Assembly: GCA_965215185.1 (NCBI GenBank)
Contig: OZ244034.1
Span: 2,912,001 to 2,976,000 of the forward strand
Reading direction: 5' to 3'
DNA: 64,000 nt
Origin: Acidimicrobiia bacterium
Lineage (GTDB): Bacteria; Actinomycetota; Acidimicrobiia; Spongiisociales; ZC4RG35
The position numbers and the translations under genes are program-made. Numbering within the stretch: the first letter of the stretch is position 1; each line of letters opens with the position of its first letter. This document shows positions 1 through 9,529 of the stretch, in pieces. The notes under the pieces were generated by a model. That model saw only the letters and a program-made list of their open reading frames with translations, searched no databases and was not told the origin of the DNA.

Positions 1-905
1 GGTTTTGCCGCCACCCTCACCGCCTCCTGGTTCGCCAGCCGGATTTTGGGAACCGACCCGTTCATGGTGATGGTGCTGGCCACCACCTCAGTGGGTTTGG
101 TGGTGCCCAGTCTGCGCTCCGCAGGGGTGGCTTCTCACCCCATTGGCCAGGACATCCTTCTGGGAGCGCTGCTCGCCGACTTTCTGACGCTGTTGGGAGT
201 GACGGTTATAGCCCTGCTGGTGGAAGGGGATGCCGGATGGCGTTTGTTGGGCATACCCGGTTTTTCCTGATCGCGGTGGCGGTGTTGCTGGGCGTCAGGC
301 GAGCGGCATGGTGGCACCCGGATCGATTCAACGCGCTCTTCGCAGCCGAGGACACCGAAGAGATGGGCATCCGCGCCACTTTGGCTTTGTTGTTCGTTTT
401 CGTGGGCGTGGCCAGTCTCCTGGGAATTGAGGCGGTGCTGGCAGCATTCCTTTCTGGGGGAATCATTGCTGTGGTCTTCCGGGAACGGGGTGCGCTTGAT
501 CGAAAGCTGTCAGGGTTCTCCTATGGATTCTTGATTCCCATTTTCTTCATTGATGTCGGAATCCGCTTCGATTTGACGGCTGTCACCAATGTGGAGGCCT
601 TGGTGTTCACGGGCAAACTGTTAATTGCGGCCTTCGCGGTCAAGACCGCCTCGGCGGTGGTGCTGATTCTGAGGGGACATCGCCTGCGATCAATCGCCGC
701 CGCGGCGGCCCTGTTATCCGCTCGTCTCTCCTTGATCATCGTGGTGGCCGAGATCGGGCGGCATCTGGGTCTTCTCTCCAGTACCCAAGAGGGAAGCATC
801 ATCCTGCTGGCCATCGTCACCACTACCGTGGCGCCCACCCTGTTTCGATGGTTGATCCCCGTACCGGCCGGAGGGGAGTCCGAAGAGGTTGCATCGGAGG
901 GATAG
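1..905 (+). CDS. Cation:proton antiporter (CPA2/Na+/H+ exchanger family), 5' partial, one frameshift at ~261-265
   Basis: Frame 1 is open from base 1 (…LATTSVGLVVPSL…). It continues in another frame (237..905) with GIEAVLAAFLSG, GFLIPIFFIDVG and LSARLSLIIV. Adding one T to the T5 run at 261-265 joins the two frames. Confidence 0.8.
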   Translation, partial: FCRHPHRLLVRQPDFGNRPVHGDGAGHHLSGFGGAQSALRRGGFSPHWPGHPSGSAARRLSDAVGSDGYSPAGGRGCRMAFVGHTRFFLIAVAVLLGVRRAAWWHPDRFNALFAAEDTEEMGIRATLALLFVFVGVASLLGIEAVLAAFLSGGIIAVVFRERGALDRKLSGFSYGFLIPIFFIDVGIRFDLTAVTNVEALVFTGKLLIAAFAVKTASAVVLILRGHRLRSIAAAAALLSARLSLIIVVAEIGRHLGLLSSTQEGSIILLAIVTTTVAPTLFRWLIPVPAGGESEEVASEG

Positions 906-1151
906 GCAACCAGACCTATCTGCTGTTAGAGGTGGGGGTGCAATCTGGGGAGGCTGCCACCACCGCAACTACCCCCGACCTGGTAACGGGCATATAGTCT
1001 GCCCGGACCACGGTGAGGATCTCACTTTCGCAAAGCATGATGGCAAGGCTCCCGGGAATCTCCACTAACCATCACCAGCCGCCAGCCATCATCTTTGAAT
1101 GGTTGCTGAACCGACCGTGGCGGGGGTGGTTGTCCGGCCGGGATGGGGAGG

Positions 1152-2345
1152 TCAGGTGCCGGGGCCGTATAGGCCGTATTGGAGGCGGGGGTCGCCGGGG
1201 ATGGCGTCGAAGCGGGTTTGATAGGCTTCTCCGATCCACCGTGACCGGGCGGTCAGGTTGCGTCCCACCTCCAAGCGGCCGGGCTCCCATCTGCGCAACG
1301 CCGCCTTTACATCCCCCCGCTCCGCGGCCAAGGCATCGCGGAGGGTAAAGGCGTCGTCACAGGCTTTGGCGGTGCCCGCCGCGGCATGCGGCCGCACGGC
1401 AAACGCCGCGTCACCTATCACACATACCCGCCCCTGGGCCATCTGATGAGAAGCAACATCGAATATGACCTGAATGAACAGATCATTGGCGCCTATCGCC
1501 ACTTCTGCCACCGCCGGCGCCATGTAATCTCGGCCCTCGTTCCGCACCTGGGACAACAGATCGGAACGGACCAAGCCCGGGGGAACCGAGGCAGACCGCC
1601 TCACGCCCTCCCGGTCGGTCAACAAGCTGTCAAGGGGTGAACCCTCGGGACAGTTGTAATACCAGACCAGGTTCATCAGCCGCTCACCGGGCGTGAGACT
1701 CCCGGACTGACTGGGTATGGCGTAGGCCAAGGCGTGACCCGACGGCATCAGACAGTAGACCATGGAGTTTTCCAGTTCCTCGGCAGCTGTGGGGCTGAGT
1801 TCCCACTCAGGTAGCGTTCCCCGCCAAGCGACGTAACCGGCGTAGGAAGGAGCCACGGTCGGATTCAGGATCGATCTTGCCAGGGAGTTGATGCCGTCCG
1901 CTGCCACCAGCAGATCGGCTCGGGTTTCTTCTCCGTCGGCGAACCTCACCCGAACGCCATCCTCAGATTGGGTGAATCCCGTCACCTCTTTGCGCAGGTG
2001 GTACCTGTCCACCCCGAAGTCCGACAGCAGACCCCGATAGATCGTGTTCCAGGAACTGATCAGAAACCCCAGAGGTTTCTTGGACAGCACCCGACCGTCG
2101 CGGTCGATGAAGGTCCACCAGTGGGGCCGGATCGAGACCTCTTCGGTTCGCAGCGGGCTGTGCTCGTCGAAGTAGCGATGGGTATGGGGGAGCAGGATGA
2201 TTCCGGCGCCCCGGTCCTGCAGCGCTTCGGAGGAGCGCTCGTAGATATCTACCTCGCACCCCAGGCCACGCAGAAGCAGACCGGCGGTTAGCCCGCCGAT
2301 CGATCCCCCCATGACCGCCACCCTTGGCCAGGGGCTATGGCTCAA
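1152..2345 (-). CDS. FAD-dependent monooxygenase, 2,6-dihydroxypyridine 3-monooxygenase (DhpH)-like
   Basis: GGSIGG dinucleotide fold, DG motif (VAADG), YAGYVAWRG, and GDAAFAVRPHAAAGTAKA, all recalled as closely matching DhpH. Confidence 0.8.
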   Translation of the reverse strand: MSHSPWPRVAVMGGSIGGLTAGLLLRGLGCEVDIYERSSEALQDRGAGIILLPHTHRYFDEHSPLRTEEVSIRPHWWTFIDRDGRVLSKKPLGFLISSWNTIYRGLLSDFGVDRYHLRKEVTGFTQSEDGVRVRFADGEETRADLLVAADGINSLARSILNPTVAPSYAGYVAWRGTLPEWELSPTAAEELENSMVYCLMPSGHALAYAIPSQSGSLTPGERLMNLVWYYNCPEGSPLDSLLTDREGVRRSASVPPGLVRSDLLSQVRNEGRDYMAPAVAEVAIGANDLFIQVIFDVASHQMAQGRVCVIGDAAFAVRPHAAAGTAKACDDAFTLRDALAAERGDVKAALRRWEPGRLEVGRNLTARSRWIGEAYQTRFDAIPGDPRLQYGLYGPGT

Positions 2346-2346
2346 A

Positions 2347-2877
2347 TCAAGCAGGTTTCCCGAAGGTGGCGATCCGATCCACCTTGCAAATGAACAACAC
2401 TCGTCGTTCGTTTATGGACGGATCACGCAGACCGTAGGGGGGTTCGGCGCCTGTGTACTTGGTCCAGATCTTGTCGACATGGGCGGTCACCATCGCACCC
2501 TCGTCCGGGTCATCCTCGGACACCTCCCGCTCCACGGTGCACTTCATGCTCATCCAGTGATAGGGATTGGCCGGATTCATCAATAGCACGGTGATCTGAG
2601 GGTTGGCTCTGATCCAGGAGGTCTTTTTGCGGTGGGAGGCAACGTTGACCAGCACCCGGTTGGCGTCTCCGTCATAGTCGAACCACATGGCTGACAGGTT
2701 GGGACGTCCGTCTCCACCCATCACCGCCATCACGGCTGTTACCTGTCCGTCCATCAGTTGGCGATAGTCAGGATCGACGTCGCTCAGTCCGGCGATCTGG
2801 ATCCGGTCGCCTACCGAAAACTGGTTGGCCTGGAGTCCGTTGGCGACATCTAGGAACCTGGCGACAGTAATAGACAT
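2347..2877 (-). CDS. Pyridoxamine 5'-phosphate oxidase-like (PPOX class, probable F420-dependent) split-barrel protein
   Basis: DGRPNLSAMWF, RKKTSWIRANPQITVL, NPYHW and ERRVLF motifs; GGAG RBS upstream. Confidence 0.75.
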   Translation of the reverse strand: MSITVARFLDVANGLQANQFSVGDRIQIAGLSDVDPDYRQLMDGQVTAVMAVMGGDGRPNLSAMWFDYDGDANRVLVNVASHRKKTSWIRANPQITVLLMNPANPYHWMSMKCTVEREVSEDDPDEGAMVTAHVDKIWTKYTGAEPPYGLRDPSINERRVLFICKVDRIATFGKPA

Positions 2878-2916
2878 TTGGAAAGCTCCTCTCTATCTCT
2901 TAGGGGTGAGATTACC

Positions 2917-4485
2917 TTAGCCGCGAGCGGTTTTGATCACCGCCTGGTAGGCCGTTGGATCAATCCGGGCGTCGATCAGGCGGGGCCGTGGCCCCGCCAT
3001 AGCCGCCCGTAATTGGGACTGGTTTTCCACTATAACCCCTTCTACTCCCGAGGCGCGGGCGACCGCCGCGAAGTCGGTGGTGTGGAAGCGGACGGCCGAA
3101 GGTCCTCCCTGACCGGGGAGTTGCTTCAGTTCGATCAAGCTCAAGGCGGCGTCGTTTAAAACCACCACCACCACATTGGCTCGGGTGCGGGCAAGGGTTT
3201 CCAACTCCGCCAGGGGGATCCCCAATCCTCCGTCGCCGGTCAGGCACACCGCCGGGCGCCCGGGATGGGCTAGGGCGGCGCCCAACGCGGCGGGGAGGGC
3301 GTATCCCATGGTGGAGAGGCCGTTGGAGATCAGGACTTGGCGGGGGTGGGTAGCTGGCAAGAAGGGCATTGCCACCAGAAAGTGGGCGCCTGCATCCAGG
3401 GTCACAGTGGCGCCGCCCTGCTTGGCGGTCCATTCTGCCACCGCCCGAACCGTCTGGTGAGGGGTGAAGCCCGGTCCGTCCTCCCACAATGATCTGCGCG
3501 CCGCCTGCCAAACTGCCTGACCTGCTCCCTTTTCCCACCGATTGTCGATCAGATCGGGGGTGATGGACTTGAGGATCGGGCCAACCGGGCCTTCGACATG
3601 GGCCCCGCCTGGGAAGAAACGGTGTTTATGGAGCCAAGGGTTGATTTCAATGACCGGTGCCTCGTATTGGAATGGACGGGGGAGTGGTTCCACCGGATCG
3701 ACTCCCACGGCCAGCACCAGGTCACTTCGCCGTAGAAGAGGCGCCTCGGGAAGGGAGCTGGTGAAAAGCCCGCCGAACTCCGGGGTGGTCTCGTCGATCA
3801 GACCCTTGGCGTGATAAGTGGTAAGAGCCGGGCAGCCGGTCTCGGTCACCAACTGTCTCACCTCTTGGGTCCAGGGAAGAGCGCCGGTACCCACGATCAG
3901 TATCGGATACTGCGCCCTGCGGGCCAACTCCTGTACGGCTTGGGGAATGGTGTGTTCCAAGGGGAGGGGAGGCGGATCGGGAGGCACCTCGCCCGGTACG
4001 GCACTGTCCATGTCCATGTGGACTGCACCCTGAGGGTGGGCCGTGGCCAGCCGGACCGCACTTTTCGATGCCCGAGCGGTATGGGTATGACCGACCGTGC
4101 CGCTCCATTTAGTCAGCGGTCTCATCAAGGCGGGTTGGTCGAGTTCCTGATGACCTACCCAGGAGCGGTCGGGCCCGGGAACGGTGTCACCGATCAACAC
4201 CAGGGGCTGTTTGTCGACCGTGGCCTGGGCCACCCCATTGGCGGCGGAGGCCACCCCCGGGCCCCGGGTAACCAGTGCCGCTCCCACTGAATCGGTCAAG
4301 AGTCCATAGGTGGAAGCAGCGATACAGGCGGCAGTCTCGGTGTGGCAGAGCAGGAAAGGGATGCCCTGTTCGGCGGCGGCGCCCACCTTTTGCAGGTTGG
4401 GGCCCCCGCCCGGCACTCCGAACAGAAGTCGCGTTCCCCCCGCCCTAAGCCCGGTAATCAACCGGCGGGCTACCTCTGTGGTCAT
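2917..4485 (-). CDS. Thiamine diphosphate-dependent enzyme (acetolactate synthase-like family)
   Basis: FGVPGG, conserved Glu (HTETAA), TRGPG, and the GDG…LND ThDP motif. Confidence 0.85.
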   Translation of the reverse strand: MTTEVARRLITGLRAGGTRLLFGVPGGGPNLQKVGAAAEQGIPFLLCHTETAACIAASTYGLLTDSVGAALVTRGPGVASAANGVAQATVDKQPLVLIGDTVPGPDRSWVGHQELDQPALMRPLTKWSGTVGHTHTARASKSAVRLATAHPQGAVHMDMDSAVPGEVPPDPPPLPLEHTIPQAVQELARRAQYPILIVGTGALPWTQEVRQLVTETGCPALTTYHAKGLIDETTPEFGGLFTSSLPEAPLLRRSDLVLAVGVDPVEPLPRPFQYEAPVIEINPWLHKHRFFPGGAHVEGPVGPILKSITPDLIDNRWEKGAGQAVWQAARRSLWEDGPGFTPHQTVRAVAEWTAKQGGATVTLDAGAHFLVAMPFLPATHPRQVLISNGLSTMGYALPAALGAALAHPGRPAVCLTGDGGLGIPLAELETLARTRANVVVVVLNDAALSLIELKQLPGQGGPSAVRFHTTDFAAVARASGVEGVIVENQSQLRAAMAGPRPRLIDARIDPTAYQAVIKTARG

Positions 4486-4488
4486 AGG

Positions 4489-4860
4489 TCAGTCGTACAG
4501 CTCTACGGTGATGAAGCGTATTTCGCTATCACCGGCGTTTTCGAAATCGTGGATAACCGAGTCGGCGGGGGTGTGCGTTTGGAAGCTGGTGTCGCCCTCC
4601 TTGTAGCGGCGAATGTGATATACGCCGTCGGCGGTGCGTTGCTTGCCGATTCCACCTTGGACAACCGTCCAGAAATAGTGACGGTCGTGAAGGTGAAACC
4701 CGCCTCTCTCTCCGGGCCGGAGGCGAACCTCCCACACTCCCACCTCGTCATTTTGGAAGAGCAGGCGGGTGCCGATGTGGCGGTTGCCGTCCTGCGCTGA
4801 TGCCAATTCCTCGGAAAAGTCCCCGGTGCTGTATTGGCCTTTTTCGATTATCTCCACCAT
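4489..4860 (-). CDS. Small cupin-domain protein
   Basis: LLFQNDEVGVWEVRLRPGE, HxH (FHLH), HDFENAG…FITVEL. Start placed at ATG 4860. Confidence 0.75.
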   Translation of the reverse strand: MVEIIEKGQYSTGDFSEELASAQDGNRHIGTRLLFQNDEVGVWEVRLRPGERGGFHLHDRHYFWTVVQGGIGKQRTADGVYHIRRYKEGDTSFQTHTPADSVIHDFENAGDSEIRFITVELYD

Positions 4861-4987
4861 GGCGAACAAGGCTAGTTGAGGCGCCATGAAACTAGGAAAC
4901 CACCGCCTAAAACGGCGAGGTACGTTGTTCAGGCCCCCAGGGCTGTCGGCGCCCAAATCGAACATGCATGTGTTCTACTGCTTGTCA

Positions 4988-6613
4988 TCATGATCTGATC
5001 AGTCGCCGGGCGATGACCTTCAGGGCCAGCACCTCTTCGGCGCCTTCGAAGATGGAAAGCACTCGGGCATCGACGAAGAACCGCGAAACCGGGTACTCCT
5101 CGGCGTAACCGTAGCCACCGAAGATCTGCATGCAATCCCGGGTGATTTCTTCCGCCGACCGACACGCCAAGGCCTTGACCATGGAAGCCTCGGTTTGGCC
5201 GCGCGGCTCGTCCAGATAGTGGGCTACCTGGTAGGCGAAAGCCCGGTGGGCGGCCATCCGGGCCGCCATTTGCGCCAGGCGCTCTCGGGTGAGGGGGTAT
5301 TGGTCGAGCCTCTTTCCGAACACCTTCCGGCCTGCTGCGTAGCGCCGCGCCTCCTCAAACGCCGCCTCCATCAATCCCAGCGCCCGTCCGGCGGTCTGGA
5401 GTCTCCCGGTCGAGAAAGCCTGCATCTGCAAATGAAAACCCCTTCCCATGCCCTCCTCTTCACCGATCAGAGCAGAGTAGGGAACCACCCAGTTTTCGAA
5501 CAGAAGCTCGAAGCTGTGCATTCCCCGGTAGCCGATAGTGGGGATGGCCCGGCCTGACAGCCTTCCTCCTCCGGGCTGGGTGAGGGTGAAGGAGTGGCCG
5601 GTCTGGGGAGGCTTTTCCATCACGAACAGGGAGAGCCCGCGATGACCGCGGTCTGGGTCCGGGTGCGTGCGCACCAGCACCATTAGCAGTTCGGCTCGCC
5701 CGGCGAAGGTTGACCACATCTTGGCGCCGTTGATAACCCAGGTGTCCCCGTCCCTTCGGGCATTAGTGGTCACCGAAGCCACATCGGAACCGTAGTCAGG
5801 CTCGGTGACGCAGATGGCCACCATCTTTTTACCCGAGGCGATGTCGGGTAGCCAACGTTCCTTTTGTGCCTCAGTGCCGCCTCTGGTGAGTGCCCGTGCC
5901 AACATCTCGGGGCGGGTGATGAGCGATCCTCCTATCGCCAGGGACGCCCGGCTCAACTCCTCGGTGGCCACCACCATCGCCAGGTGGGAGGGTTGGTCCT
6001 GGTCGAGAGAACCGCCGTAGTGCGTCGGGATGGACAGGCCGAAGACCCCCAATGCAGCCAACCCTGAAATCACCTCCTCGGGAACGTCGAGGTTCCGACG
6101 ATGCACCTCTTCGGCACGGGGGGCGATGACTTCTTGGCCGAAGCGTCGGAACTCGCGGCGGGCCAAGAGCAGTTCGGGACCAAGGCCCGGATCGGTGGGC
6201 TGTTCGATTTCGGCCAAGGTCGGATCGGAAAGGCTGCCGGCGGCGGTGATCACTTCCCGCACCTCGGGTGACCCCAACCATCGCCGGGAAATCCCTTCCA
6301 ACTCGGCGAAGCGATCAATTCGCTCTAGTCCCGACCGGGCCAGAAGCGAAGCGGCCAGTGTTCCTGTGGCCGTTCCCATCCTCTCTTCGGAAACCGCCCT
6401 CTCCACCGCTCTTAACTCCGCCGATTCCGAAGCTAGGAAGGCGACCTGGTAGCCAAGGCTCTGGCATCCGTCGAGACCTTGGGAATGGCCGGCGGAGACC
6501 TCTCCCAATACGCACACAGCCGCGGCTACCGTGTTCTCCAGGGCGTGGGCGGCGGCGGATATCCCGGGGATGGTCTTTTCCTTCAAATCAGGATAAAAAT
6601 CGTAGGATGACAT
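4988..6613 (-). CDS. Acyl-CoA dehydrogenase, (2S)-methylsuccinyl-CoA dehydrogenase-like
   Basis: Long N-terminal extension; TEELSR…GSLITRPE, TEPDYGSDV, IGYRGM, FGGYGYAEEY, IFEGAEE; adjacent to mct. Confidence 0.75.
   Translation of the reverse strand: MSSYDFYPDLKEKTIPGISAAAHALENTVAAAVCVLGEVSAGHSQGLDGCQSLGYQVAFLASESAELRAVERAVSEERMGTATGTLAASLLARSGLERIDRFAELEGISRRWLGSPEVREVITAAGSLSDPTLAEIEQPTDPGLGPELLLARREFRRFGQEVIAPRAEEVHRRNLDVPEEVISGLAALGVFGLSIPTHYGGSLDQDQPSHLAMVVATEELSRASLAIGGSLITRPEMLARALTRGGTEAQKERWLPDIASGKKMVAICVTEPDYGSDVASVTTNARRDGDTWVINGAKMWSTFAGRAELLMVLVRTHPDPDRGHRGLSLFVMEKPPQTGHSFTLTQPGGGRLSGRAIPTIGYRGMHSFELLFENWVVPYSALIGEEEGMGRGFHLQMQAFSTGRLQTAGRALGLMEAAFEEARRYAAGRKVFGKRLDQYPLTRERLAQMAARMAAHRAFAYQVAHYLDEPRGQTEASMVKALACRSAEEITRDCMQIFGGYGYAEEYPVSRFFVDARVLSIFEGAEEVLALKVIARRLIRS
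6603..6608 (+). promoter_or_regulatory. Putative -10 box (TAGGAT) for a leaderless mct transcript
   Basis: TANNNT hexamer 7 nt before ATG 6616; no clear Shine-Dalgarno sequence. Confidence 0.4.
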
Positions 6614-6615
6614 AT

Positions 6616-7890
6616 ATGGGATCCAAAAACACAGATCCGGATCGGACGGTTGGAATTCTGGAAGGAATGCGGGTGGTGGAGCTTTCCGCCTTCGTGGCGG
6701 TTCCCCTCGGGGGGCTCACTCTCAGGTCGTTGGGTGCCGACGTTATCCGAGTTGATCCGCCGGGGGGCGGGCTGGACTATGGGCGCTGGCCGGTGACGAC
6801 CGAAGGTCGGAGTCTCTACTGGGCGGGTCTCAATGCCGGAAAACGTTCGGTTACCCTTGATTTGCGTTCCGAAGAGGGAAGAGCGGCATTGGTGGGGTTG
6901 ATTACTGCTCCTGGGCCCGACGCAGGGATCTTTATTACCAATCTTTCCCCCCGTTGGCTGTCCTATGAGCGGCTGGCCGAAATCCGACCCGACTTGATTA
7001 TGGTGACGCTTCGGGGAAACCCTGATGGTTCGGTGGCGTTGGATTACACGGTGAACGCGGCGATTGGGTATCCGGAGGTCACCGGCCCTCCGGACGCCGG
7101 TCCGGTCAACCACGTTCTGCCCGCCTGGGATGTGATTGCCGGGAACATGGTTGCTACCGCGGTGCTGGCTGCTGAACGTCACCGTCTTCGAACCGGGGAG
7201 GGCCAACTGGTGCGACTGTCCTTGACGGATGTGGCGTTGGCTACGGTTTCCGCCCTGGGGCATATCGGGGAAGTGATGGTCAACGACCAAGACCGGATGG
7301 CACATGGCAACTATGTGTTCGGGGCCTACGGACGCGACTTTCCTACCGGCGATGGCAGAAGGCTGATGGTGGTCGTCATCACCGACCGGCAGTGGCTTGA
7401 CTTGGTGGAGGCCACCGGCTCAAAAGAGGCAGTGGAGGAAATAGAGCGCCGGACAGGTCTCGACCTGGGAAAAGAGGGTGATCGATTCCGGGCGCGAGAG
7501 GAGATTACCGCCATATTGGAGGTTTGGTTTGCCTCCCGCACCCTCGCCGAAGCGGGGGAAATCCTGGCACGTCGTCGACTGTGTTGGGGGCCTTTTCAAA
7601 CCTTCCGCCAACTGGTCACCGAAGATCCCAGGTGTTCTTTGGCGAATCCCCTTTTTGGGGAGGTCAGCCACACGGGCGTGGGTGACTACCTTGCCGCTTC
7701 CCATCCCCTTCAATTCGGAGAGGGGAGACCCCCACCCCTGCCCGCGCCCCTGATGGGTCAGCACACCGAAGAGGTACTATCGCAGATCCTGGGAGAAGCC
7801 AGCGTCACGGGAAGCCGATTGGTAGCCCCCCCACCTGACGCTTCTCCTGCCCCTTTCGTAACGCCAGGTGATGCTCGGACTTTCCTATGA
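6616..7890 (+). CDS. mct: Mesaconyl-CoA C1-C4 CoA transferase (2-methylfumaryl-CoA isomerase), CoA-transferase family III
   Basis: SAFVAVPLGG, GGGLDYGRWP, SLYWAGLNAGKRS, DYTVN, VNHVLPAWD and EGDRFRAR match Chloroflexus Mct as recalled. Confidence 0.85.
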   Translation: MGSKNTDPDRTVGILEGMRVVELSAFVAVPLGGLTLRSLGADVIRVDPPGGGLDYGRWPVTTEGRSLYWAGLNAGKRSVTLDLRSEEGRAALVGLITAPGPDAGIFITNLSPRWLSYERLAEIRPDLIMVTLRGNPDGSVALDYTVNAAIGYPEVTGPPDAGPVNHVLPAWDVIAGNMVATAVLAAERHRLRTGEGQLVRLSLTDVALATVSALGHIGEVMVNDQDRMAHGNYVFGAYGRDFPTGDGRRLMVVVITDRQWLDLVEATGSKEAVEEIERRTGLDLGKEGDRFRAREEITAILEVWFASRTLAEAGEILARRRLCWGPFQTFRQLVTEDPRCSLANPLFGEVSHTGVGDYLAASHPLQFGEGRPPPLPAPLMGQHTEEVLSQILGEASVTGSRLVAPPPDASPAPFVTPGDARTFL

Positions 7891-8026
7891 CGCCGACTCG
7901 AATCACACCATAATTGAACTCTTGGCGCCCTTTAACCGGTTTGCCCGGTGAACCTTCGCGATTCACAGGCTTTTTGCCCAGCCTGGATGAGATGAACCGT
8001 TTCGGTCTTGTTACGGAGACATCGAA

Positions 8027-9529
8027 GTGAGCATCATCGAGATGAAAAGAGCGCTCCTTTCGGTTTCCGACAAGACGGGCATCGTCGAATTCGCCCGGTG
8101 GTTGGCGGGACGGGGTATAGAGATTGTTTCGTCGGGCGGCACCGCCCGGATCCTGCGGGAGAAGGGGGTGGAAGTTGTAGAAGTGGAGGATGTCACGGGG
8201 GTGTCCGAGATGCTGGGAGGGCGGGTCAAGACTCTTCACCCGCTTATTCACGGGGGACTTCTGGCTGACCCCGATGACCCTGCCCATCGAGAGGATCTGC
8301 GGCGTTTGGGGATCAGTCCTTTCCAGATGATGGTTTGCAACCTCTATCCGTTCATGGAGGTTCCCGGTGTGGAGCAAATCGATATCGGGGGAGTGGCGCT
8401 TTTGCGGGCAGCTGCGAAGAACCATGCCCAGGTGGTGGTGTTGTCTTCCCCTGCCCAATACTCGGAGGTGATGGAAGCGGTGGAATCGGGGACACTGGAC
8501 CGCGCCCGGCGCAGACGACTGGCTGCCGAAGCCTTTTGGTACACCGCTTCCTATGATGCCGCCATCGCCGGTTGGATTTTGCCGCCCGAAGCTCTTCCCG
8601 ACCGGTTGTTTATGACCCTTCGTCGGGAGCAGATGACCCGCTATGGGGAGAATCCCCACCAACAGGGGGCCTTGTACACGCCGGAGCAAGGCGGATACTG
8701 GGGATCCGGGGTGCGGCTCCTTCAGGGAAAAGCCATGTCCTTTAATAACTTTGCGGATACGGAGGCGGCGGTACAATTGGTGGCCGACCTGGACGGGTTG
8801 TCCTGCGTGATCGTCAAGCATGCCAACCCGTGCGGGGTGGGAACCGGAGCTGATCCGGCCCAAGCCTTCGCACGGGCTTGGGAAGGGGACCCGTTGTCCG
8901 CTTTTGGTGGAGTCGTGGCGTTCAACTGCCCGCTCGACTCCCAAGCAGCGACGGCTTTGGCCAAGGTGTTCGTTGAGGTGGTGGCCGCTCCCAGGGTGGA
9001 GCCCGACGCGGCCGAGGCGCTCTCGGTCAGGACCAATTTGAGGGTGTTGGAGATTCCACCCGAGCGGGTACCGGGGCCGGAGATCCGCTCTTTGGGTCCC
9101 GACTTCCTGGTCCAGACCCCTGACCGTCCCACCGCAGCGACCGAGGAGTGGCAGGTTGTTTCCAGGGTGCGACCTGATGCCCGGCAACTGGCTGATTTGC
9201 GTCTGGCCTGGGTGGTGGCGGCTCACGCCAAGTCCAACGCGGTGGTGATCTGCCGGGATGGCCAGTCGATGGGAGTGGGTGCGGGAGACCAGAGCCGGGT
9301 AGGAGCCGCTCACCGCGCCATTTCAACCGCCGGGGATCGAGCTGAGGGGGCGGTTGCCGCCTCGGACGGGTTTTTTCCTTTCCGAGACGGGATTGATGCC
9401 CTAGCATCTGTGGGCGTGGTAGCTGTTGTTTCTCCGGGAGGGTCGGTCCGTGACGCGGAGGTGATCGCCGCTGCGGACCAACACGGGATGGCGCTGCTGT
9501 TCACCGGCCGTCGGCATTTTCGACACTGA
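8027..9529 (+). CDS. purH: Bifunctional AICAR transformylase/IMP cyclohydrolase
   Basis: [40 protein letters not shown], terminal RHFRH. Confidence 0.97.
   Translation: MSIIEMKRALLSVSDKTGIVEFARWLAGRGIEIVSSGGTARILREKGVEVVEVEDVTGVSEMLGGRVKTLHPLIHGGLLADPDDPAHREDLRRLGISPFQMMVCNLYPFMEVPGVEQIDIGGVALLRAAAKNHAQVVVLSSPAQYSEVMEAVESGTLDRARRRRLAAEAFWYTASYDAAIAGWILPPEALPDRLFMTLRREQMTRYGENPHQQGALYTPEQGGYWGSGVRLLQGKAMSFNNFADTEAAVQLVADLDGLSCVIVKHANPCGVGTGADPAQAFARAWEGDPLSAFGGVVAFNCPLDSQAATALAKVFVEVVAAPRVEPDAAEALSVRTNLRVLEIPPERVPGPEIRSLGPDFLVQTPDRPTAATEEWQVVSRVRPDARQLADLRLAWVVAAHAKSNAVVICRDGQSMGVGAGDQSRVGAAHRAISTAGDRAEGAVAASDGFFPFRDGIDALASVGVVAVVSPGGSVRDAEVIAAADQHGMALLFTGRRHFRH

Noticed and set aside
906-1151. 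ncRNA in the convergent gap after the antiporter
   Set aside because: Only short hairpins (for example gatagg/cctatc) are present, with no family signature I can support.
7891-8026. ZTP (pfl) riboswitch upstream of purH
   Set aside because: The conserved GACUGGCG and CGCCUGGGC elements are not present; there is only a weak partial resemblance.
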